A stretch of 64,000 bases of DNA from a virus (taxonomy: Duplodnaviria > Caudoviricetes), in IMG/VR virus record IMGVR_UViG_3300043394_000609; one strand, given 5' to 3'. The notes under the pieces are model-generated. The model had not been told where the DNA came from. It made no database searches and saw only the letters and a list, made by a program, of their open reading frames with translations. The position numbers were made by a program, and so were the translations under genes. Positions 58,301 to 64,000 of the stretch are shown here, piece by piece; the stretch's first letter is position 1; each line of letters starts with the position of its first letter.

Positions 58301-58405
58301 TGTTACAGGTTCTCTTTGTCGTTAACCTTTTCGTTTTTTTAAAAAGTAAGTGGGGTTGAACCTGCTGAAAAGACCTTAAACCCCGACATCTAGTTGGGGT
58401 TTTTT
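58301..58405 (+). ncRNA. Candidate structured small RNA (H-type pseudoknot) with its own late motif and terminator
   Basis: TATTTATA at 58293-58300; stems CAGGTTC/GAACCTG and CTTTTC/GAAAAG; terminator 58378-58405; no ORF. Confidence 0.5.
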
Positions 58406-58413
58406 ATTTAATA

Positions 58414-58445
58414 TTTGGTTTTATGTGTTTTTTTGTTTAAATTTG
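58414..58445 (+). promoter_or_regulatory. Bacteroidota-type sigma promoter for the lipoprotein gene
   Basis: Exact TTTG-N20-TAAATTTG, 4 nt before ATG 58450. Confidence 0.7.
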
Positions 58446-58449
58446 CACT

Positions 58450-58617
58450 ATGAAAAAATATACATTTATTTTGGCTGTTGGTGTTATGTTAACATTGGCG
58501 GCATGTGGTAAAGGATCGACCACAAACGAAGAAAAAGATTCTACTGCAGTAGATAGTTCAGCAGTTAAAGTTGATAGCACAGCCGCACCAGCAGTTGATT
58601 CAACTCAAACAAAATAA
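58450..58617 (+). CDS. 55-aa lipoprotein (not in the ORF track)
   Basis: MKKYTFILAVGVMLTLAACGKGSTTNEEKDSTAVDSSAVKVDSTAAPAVDSTQTK; lipobox LAAC; flanked by its own promoter and terminator. Confidence 0.85.
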   Translation: MKKYTFILAVGVMLTLAACGKGSTTNEEKDSTAVDSSAVKVDSTAAPAVDSTQTK

Positions 58618-58623
58618 GAAATC

Positions 58624-58650
58624 GACCGGTTTATTCCGGTCTTTTTTTTT
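58624..58650 (+). terminator. Intrinsic terminator after lipoprotein gene
   Basis: GACCGG-TTTATT-CCGGTC followed by a run of at least 9 T. Confidence 0.8.
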
Positions 58651-58717
58651 TATTTAAATATTTTTTATATCTTTACCCCGAATATGACAATAGTTATTAA
58701 TATTAAAACATATTAAC

Positions 58718-59143
58718 ATGAATACAGAAAAAGACTGGGTTGGTGATTTAATATTGTTACGTGGGCTTCCAGGTAGTGGTAAATCAACAATTGGCGATAT
58801 AATGCTTTTTACGGGGCAAAACAATCAAGATGTTTTATCAGCAGATAATTTCTTCATTGATAGAGACGGTAATTATCTTTTTGATGCTACAAGATTAAAA
58901 GAAGCACATAATGATTGTCAACAAAAATGTGCTGAACGTATGAAGATGCAATTTTCAAAAATTGTTATTGCAAATACCTTTACTCAAGAATGGGAAATGG
59001 AAAAATATTTTGAAATGGCTGACAGGTACCGTTACCGTGTTCATTCATTAATAGTTGAAAATAGACATGGTAGTCAAAATATCCATGACGTTCCTGAAGA
59101 TAAACTGGAACAAATGAAAAATAGATTTGAAGTGAAACTTTAA
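58718..59143 (+). CDS. P-loop polynucleotide kinase-like protein (AAA_33 / N4BP2-like)
   Basis: RGLPGSGKST, SAD.FF, NTF...WE and H.VP....M..RFE; adjacent to the RNA ligase gene. Confidence 0.8.
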   Translation: MNTEKDWVGDLILLRGLPGSGKSTIGDIMLFTGQNNQDVLSADNFFIDRDGNYLFDATRLKEAHNDCQQKCAERMKMQFSKIVIANTFTQEWEMEKYFEMADRYRYRVHSLIVENRHGSQNIHDVPEDKLEQMKNRFEVKL

Positions 59144-59154
59144 ATAATAACATA

Positions 59155-60180
59155 ATGTTACATAAACTAGAAGAATACCATGATCAAGGATTGGTTTTCA
59201 AACAAACACACCCAACACTAGATTTAACTATTTGGAACTATACACCTATGGTTCAATATGAAAGATTATGGGACGATATTACAATACAATGTCGTGGGTT
59301 AGTAACAAATTCAGAAGGTAAAATAATTGCAAGACCATTTAAAAAATTCTTTAATTACGAAGAACATAAACCAGAAGATATTCCAAACGAAAACTATGCT
59401 GTTTATGAAAAAATGGATGGTTCATTAGGGATTCTATTTTATTATGCTGACCAATGGATAATGGCAACTCGTGGGTCATTTACCTCACCACAAGCAATAA
59501 AAGGTGCGGAATTATTATCAAAATATGATGGTTTATCAGATTTATTCAAATCGTACACTTATTTGTTTGAAATTATATACCCTGAAAATAGAATTGTTGT
59601 TGATTATAATGGGGAAGAAAAATTAGTTTTAATTGGTGCAATCGAAACAAACACAGGAATTGAAGATGATATCACGATCTATTCTCATTATGGTTTTGAT
59701 GTTGTGACATTATATAAAACATGGGGAGAAACTTATGATTTACTTAAAAAAGAAATCCCTAATGATAAAGAAGGTTATGTTATTGCTTTTAAGAATGGGT
59801 TTAGAATGAAGATTAAGGGTACTGAATATATTCGTTTACATCAAATATTAACAGAAACCTCAAGTCGCGATATTTGGGAATGTCTTAAAAATAACAAGTC
59901 ATTAGATGAGATTTTAGATGAGGTTCCAGATGAGTTCTATACTTGGGTTAAAGAAACGGTAAATGAGTTACAAACACAATTTGATTCAATTAAATTAGAA
60001 GTTGAAAATGAATTTAAAGAATTGATAAATAAAAAAGAATATGCTGATAAAATAAAAGACAATAAAAATCGACATTTCTTATTTAAAAGATTAGATTCGT
60101 ATTCACAACAACTCGATGATATGATCTGGGATTCAATTTATCCGCCGTACACAAAACCTTTCACTAATATTGAAAAATAG
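59155..60180 (+). CDS. T4 Rnl1-like RNA ligase
   Basis: CRGL, ARPF.KFFN, EKMDGS, ATRGSF, FEII.P.NRIVV.Y, EGYV and KIKG.EY motifs. Confidence 0.92.
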   Translation: MLHKLEEYHDQGLVFKQTHPTLDLTIWNYTPMVQYERLWDDITIQCRGLVTNSEGKIIARPFKKFFNYEEHKPEDIPNENYAVYEKMDGSLGILFYYADQWIMATRGSFTSPQAIKGAELLSKYDGLSDLFKSYTYLFEIIYPENRIVVDYNGEEKLVLIGAIETNTGIEDDITIYSHYGFDVVTLYKTWGETYDLLKKEIPNDKEGYVIAFKNGFRMKIKGTEYIRLHQILTETSSRDIWECLKNNKSLDEILDEVPDEFYTWVKETVNELQTQFDSIKLEVENEFKELINKKEYADKIKDNKNRHFLFKRLDSYSQQLDDMIWDSIYPPYTKPFTNIEK

Positions 60181-60186
60181 CTAGTT

Positions 60187-60546
60187 ATGACAAAAACAAG
60201 AAAAAGTAAAGCAAAAGAAATTGAAGTGTTTAAAACACTTGAAATTATTGGTGAATATTCAAACTCAACTAGTTTTTATTCAGAAAATAAAGAATTGGTT
60301 TTTGATTCGGTTGTTGAATTATACCATGAATTGTTTTCTACAGGAAAAGAAGAATTGAAACTTGAAGTTTTGGTTAGTTTAGAAGAAGAATCGAGAAAAT
60401 TAAGTTGGACCACTGAATTTATTTATGACAAGAATAGCGCCAATGTATTAATCGATGACATTATCCCATTTTATGAAAGTATTGAAAAATATGAAAAATG
60501 TAATGAGGTATTAAAATTGCATGATGACTTTACAAAATTAAAATAA
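60187..60546 (+). CDS. Hypothetical protein with C-terminal UVR-like motif
   Basis: C-terminal 'FYESIEKYEKCNEVLKL' resembles the UVR (UvrB/C) 'E.YE.AA.L' hairpin. Confidence 0.5.
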   Translation: MTKTRKSKAKEIEVFKTLEIIGEYSNSTSFYSENKELVFDSVVELYHELFSTGKEELKLEVLVSLEEESRKLSWTTEFIYDKNSANVLIDDIIPFYESIEKYEKCNEVLKLHDDFTKLK

Positions 60547-60609
60547 ATAACTATAATTGTGTTAACGGATAGTAGAGAATTCGTTTAGTTATTTCTTGCC
60601 AAAGAAAAG

Positions 60610-60636
60610 AACCCTCAATAGCTTTTATTGGGGGTT
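60610..60636. terminator. Terminator hairpin between convergent genes
   Basis: AACCCTCAATA-GCTTT-TATTGGGGGTT. Confidence 0.7.
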
Positions 60637-60641
60637 TTGTT

Positions 60642-62009
60642 TTACAACATCATTCTAGAACCAATTAAGAAGTTATTTAAAACTGGGGCTCCTGGTGTGG
60701 TATTTACATTAAGTTTATAATTTAAACTTAATCCAAATCTTCTTGTTATTTTATAATCTATACTTGTCCCAACCAAAAAACCGAATTGTCTACCAACATT
60801 TGTTGTTCCGGTAAATGTGTTATAACCCAATGGAGAAAACATACCAAAAAGTTGTGGTGACAATGTTATCTTTTTACTATATTGAAATGGTTTTGTCCAA
60901 AACGCAACAGTTGATGTTGATAAACTAACATCATACATTTGTTCTGTTCCTTTAATCAATAAAGTGATAACCCCAACATTATAACCAAATGTTCCAAATT
61001 TTGGGTGTGGTTTTATCCAAGTATAACCAATTAACCCCATCCATGTTCCATTAAGGTATGCTGAAGTCAAAGAGTAACTATTAATCGATTCTAACCTTCC
61101 TTTATCATCCATATTCATCTTTGTGATACCCCCTGATAACGCAAACTGATTAAATGTTGACCATATCATTGAATTTAAACTATAAGAAACGTCACCCATT
61201 AAAGAAGACTTTGAAATACCTAATGACATAATAGCATTATATTGTCCTGGGGCACTTTCAGTTGTTGTTAAATCTGAGGCGATTAACATTGGGTTTGATG
61301 GCCCAGTTTTTTTCTTTTCGTCTTTTTTCTTCTCTTCCTTTTTTTCTTCTTTTTTCTCTTCTTTTTTCTCTTCTTTTGATTCTGATTTTTTTTCTTCAGA
61401 TTTACTTTCTGATTTAGATTCTGATTTAGATTCTGATGAACTACTTTCTGATGAGCTACTTTCTGATTTAGATTCCGATGAACTATTAGACGAACCACTA
61501 GAAGATGAACTACTAGAAGACGATGTATTTGAAGACGATGTTGTTGGGGTAGGACTACTAGTCGCACTACTAGCCGCCCCAGAAGCGGCCCCTGATGCAG
61601 AACTACTGGCTGCCGATGATGCTGCCGAGGATGCTGCACTACTAGCGGCAGATGATGCTGCATTAGCTGCGGTAGTTGCGGCCGCACTTGCAGCCGCAGC
61701 AGTTGCTTGTGTTACGGTTGTTTGAATTGTTTGTTGAACCACAGCGCTTTGGCATGGTAATGATGAATATGTTGCGTAGGTTGTTTGTAACCATACCTGT
61801 AATTGTCCAGTTTGAACTTCAGATGGGGTAAACGATCTAATTTCACCATAAAAAGAAACAATAGCATTGCCATTAATATATGTTGTTTTTGCTATTTTTA
61901 CTTCCCCAGTACACTTATCTATGAATGTTTGTGTAAATGTTTGTGCGTTTACTTTATTTGATAATAATCCAACAAAAAAAATGATTAAACAAACAACTAT
62001 TTTTTTCAT
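60642..62009 (-). CDS. Secreted protein: signal peptide, Ala/Ser and EEKK low-complexity linker, C-terminal beta-barrel-like domain
   Basis: MKKIVVCLIIFFVGLLSNKVNA signal peptide; C-terminal ~220 aa of alternating amphipathic strands rich in G and aromatic residues. Confidence 0.65.
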   Translation of the reverse strand: MKKIVVCLIIFFVGLLSNKVNAQTFTQTFIDKCTGEVKIAKTTYINGNAIVSFYGEIRSFTPSEVQTGQLQVWLQTTYATYSSLPCQSAVVQQTIQTTVTQATAAAASAAATTAANAASSAASSAASSAASSAASSSASGAASGAASSATSSPTPTTSSSNTSSSSSSSSSGSSNSSSESKSESSSSESSSSESKSESKSESKSEEKKSESKEEKKEEKKEEKKEEKKKDEKKKTGPSNPMLIASDLTTTESAPGQYNAIMSLGISKSSLMGDVSYSLNSMIWSTFNQFALSGGITKMNMDDKGRLESINSYSLTSAYLNGTWMGLIGYTWIKPHPKFGTFGYNVGVITLLIKGTEQMYDVSLSTSTVAFWTKPFQYSKKITLSPQLFGMFSPLGYNTFTGTTNVGRQFGFLVGTSIDYKITRRFGLSLNYKLNVNTTPGAPVLNNFLIGSRMML

Positions 62010-62015
62010 CTAAAA

Positions 62016-62735
62016 TTATTTTGTAAAAATACCTTTTTTAACCATTCTATCTAAAATCCTAGCACATGCGATATCTAAAGCTTTTTTTGTTGCAATTGAA
62101 ATTGTTGATTGATTAAATTTAATTGGGTCCGCAGTTGCATCAGACAATAATGTTAATTGTCTATTAGTTATTGCTTCGCCTAATCCACTGGCACCAAATA
62201 ATACCCCAGTTTCAGCATCTGTAAATCTGACTTGTAAACCAATACGTGTGACCATATTGTCTTTAATACCATCTTTAAGATTAATTGTTTCATCTTCTGA
62301 AACTGAATAGTCATAACATTCAACGGTTACGAAATATTTTGCCAAATTAATTTTACCACGACCATCTAACTTATTTTCTGAAATTCCGGCCTGAGATGCT
62401 TGAAATTGTTTCACCATACGGTTTTTAATTTCAGTTGATGATTCAGTAAATTTAAATCTATTTAAATTCTCCAAATATTCCATGGTAATGTTAGCAACAC
62501 CTAGTCCAACTCTTTTTTCTTTAAGTTCTGGATATGCTTCATACATTTCATCACTTATTCCCGCTTTTAATATTTGAATCGGGATTTGTGGTCCCTCATA
62601 ATCTAAAAATTGGGATATGTCAATTTTAGTTTCAAATGATGCTTTATATTGTTCGGTTTTAGTTGAACCAATTGTTTGTGCCATAGTGGTTAAAGAACCG
62701 AATATTAAAATGGCGATGGATAATATTTTCTTCAT
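62016..62735 (-). CDS. CsgG/TolB-N-like exported protein
   Basis: Signal peptide; 'G.GVANI..E.L...NRF', 'AKYFVT.....Y' and 'GLQVRFTDAETG' patterns of the CsgG-like fold. Confidence 0.65.
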   Translation of the reverse strand: MKKILSIAILIFGSLTTMAQTIGSTKTEQYKASFETKIDISQFLDYEGPQIPIQILKAGISDEMYEAYPELKEKRVGLGVANITMEYLENLNRFKFTESSTEIKNRMVKQFQASQAGISENKLDGRGKINLAKYFVTVECYDYSVSEDETINLKDGIKDNMVTRIGLQVRFTDAETGVLFGASGLGEAITNRQLTLLSDATADPIKFNQSTISIATKKALDIACARILDRMVKKGIFTK

Positions 62736-62738
62736 TGT

Positions 62739-62969
62739 TTAATTAGTTTTTTCTGGTTCTTCATACCAGATATTATCTGGGTTGTTTTTATATAACCCAT
62801 CTATTTTCCACATGATCTCGTTTGAGATATGTCTTTCTCTTTCTTCATTAGTAAAATGTGTGTAAATCATAAACAAATCAAACGTAAATGCTAATGATAC
62901 CCAAACACATACAAAATAAAGGTATCCAACCAATACCTTTTCTCCGATTTTTTTTAATAATTCTTTCAT
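62739..62969 (-). CDS. Small single-pass membrane protein
   Basis: One hydrophobic segment; late motif at 62982-62989. Confidence 0.6.
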   Translation of the reverse strand: MKELLKKIGEKVLVGYLYFVCVWVSLAFTFDLFMIYTHFTNEERERHISNEIMWKIDGLYKNNPDNIWYEEPEKTN

Positions 62970-63009
62970 AATGTATTTTATTATAAATACATGTTAAGGG
63001 TATAAAAAA

Positions 63010-63029
63010 AGGGAGAATTAAATCTCCCT
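63010..63029 (-). terminator. Intrinsic terminator
   Basis: AGGGAGA-TTTAAT-TCTCCCT followed by a T run on the minus strand. Confidence 0.7.
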
Positions 63030-63034
63030 ATTTC

Positions 63035-63283
63035 TTAACCTTCAGTTTCTTCAGTCTTTTTGTGTGTGAATTTGTCTAAAGTGTCAGCACCCATTCCAAT
63101 TGCAGTAATTACCATAACGGCATTTACTAGATCTGGTGACGGGGCAAAATCAGCATGTGAAAATGAATTTAAAACCATTGTTACACATAAAAATAAAGCA
63201 CCCATGAATGCGATTACCGGTTTTACCGATATAGATCCTCTTTCATCTTTGAAGATCTCAATAATCCATTGTTTAAACGTCAT
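63035..63283 (-). CDS. Small two-TM membrane protein (holin-like)
   Basis: 82 aa with two hydrophobic helices and a charged C-terminus. Confidence 0.55.
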   Translation of the reverse strand: MTFKQWIIEIFKDERGSISVKPVIAFMGALFLCVTMVLNSFSHADFAPSPDLVNAVMVITAIGMGADTLDKFTHKKTEETEG

Positions 63284-63312
63284 AATAGTAGAGAATTAGT
63301 TTAGTTTATTTT

Positions 63313-63909
63313 TTAACCTTCCATGTTTATTTCTGCAGATTCATCTTTGATTTTACCACATTTTAAACATTCTTCTTCGCCGTCACCGTCCAAGTCACCC
63401 CAAACGTGTTCGCATTGTCTATGTGCAAAGTATTCATCAATTTTACCATCACCGTCAAAATCTAAACCGTCCATTACGCCGTCACCGTCCTCATCAATTT
63501 CAACACCTACCTTAGCTTGGACAGGTACTTGGACATCTTGTCCAACTTCTGATGTTTCTGTCAATACTAATGGCGTCGTTGACATCGGTACAATTGGATT
63601 GTTAGGACCATCATTTGTGTTACTCAACGATACACCATCTTCTTCATCCATTTTCTGAACTAACATTTTATCCTTATCGGTATCACTAAACCAATAGTCA
63701 ATAATTTTACCATAAGAACCAATGAATGCACCTAATAATAAAAGTAGAAGTTCTTTCCATTCTCCTTCTATTGTAGATTTATTTAGAATCGCTCCAAATA
63801 TTCCCATTATAATGATCATAAAACCACCTAATACGATGGCGGTAATAAACCATCTACGCTTCATCATATTACCTAACAATTCTTTAAATCCGCCTGCTTC
63901 TTCTTTCAT
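63313..63909 (-). CDS. Two-TM membrane protein with DxDGDG loops and a Cys/His metal-binding tail
   Basis: Two TM helices; DEDGDG, DFDGDG and DLDGDG; CEHVW...CLKC. Confidence 0.65.
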   Translation of the reverse strand: MKEEAGGFKELLGNMMKRRWFITAIVLGGFMIIIMGIFGAILNKSTIEGEWKELLLLLLGAFIGSYGKIIDYWFSDTDKDKMLVQKMDEEDGVSLSNTNDGPNNPIVPMSTTPLVLTETSEVGQDVQVPVQAKVGVEIDEDGDGVMDGLDFDGDGKIDEYFAHRQCEHVWGDLDGDGEEECLKCGKIKDESAEINMEG

Positions 63910-63937
63910 TTTAATATTTTAGTTTAACATTAATTTA

Positions 63938-64000
63938 TTACCACTGAGCTGGCTTTTCTTTAAATTCGTCACCATCTTTTTTAGGTTTTGGTGCTGGAGC
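63938..64000 (-). CDS. 3' end of a gene entering from beyond the window
   Basis: Reads APAPKPKKDGDEFKEKPAQW* on the minus strand. Confidence 0.5.
   Translation of the reverse strand, partial: APAPKPKKDGDEFKEKPAQW

Noticed and set aside
58301-58405. tRNA or hammerhead ribozyme
   Set aside because: No cloverleaf or T-loop pattern, and CTGAAAAGA does not fit the CUGAnGA core with the required stems. Kept only as an unknown ncRNA candidate.
61283-61687. 134-aa alternative-frame ORF inside 60642..62009
   Set aside because: A by-product of the low-complexity Ser/Ala/EEKK codons, with no independent signals.
1-64000. Alternative genetic code (stop-codon reassignment as in some jumbo phages)
   Set aside because: Core genes are full-length in the standard code, and TAG serves as a real stop (for example at 12120, 31758 and 60180).

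Overview
A 64-kb, AT-rich, gene-dense segment of a large T4-like (myovirus, jumbo-type) bacteriophage genome read in the standard genetic code. It contains most of the virion morphogenesis set: terminase, portal, prohead protease, scaffold, major capsid, neck proteins, tail sheath, tube, chaperone, a probable tape measure, a gp5-like spike and fibre-like proteins. It also carries a family-B DNA polymerase, an SNF2 helicase, a gp55-like late sigma factor, a glycosyltransferase/dUTPase/PhoH cluster, a ClpC ATPase, a Pnk-Rnl1 RNA-repair pair, a Pol-beta nucleotidyltransferase and an envelope-protein cluster with a CsgG-like gene. TTTG-N19/20-TAnnTTTG promoters, a DUF4494-like gene and a lipoprotein with D-S-T sequons point to a Bacteroidota host. 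The best leads are: (i) a ubiquitin-like protein lacking the diGly tail inside the tail-fibre cluster; (ii) a shared scaffold-like terminal motif plus (I/L)xE protease sites on unrelated proteins, including a WYL protein, suggesting a capsid-cargo loading code; (iii) a late-gene motif TATTTAT(A/T), the reverse complement of the T4 late promoter, often 3-5 nt from the ATG; (iv) a free-standing pseudoknotted ncRNA candidate near the RNA-repair genes; (v) a +1 frameshift candidate in the tail chaperone; and (vi) a candidate origin between sheath and tube. All family assignments are from motif recognition by eye. No database search was run.
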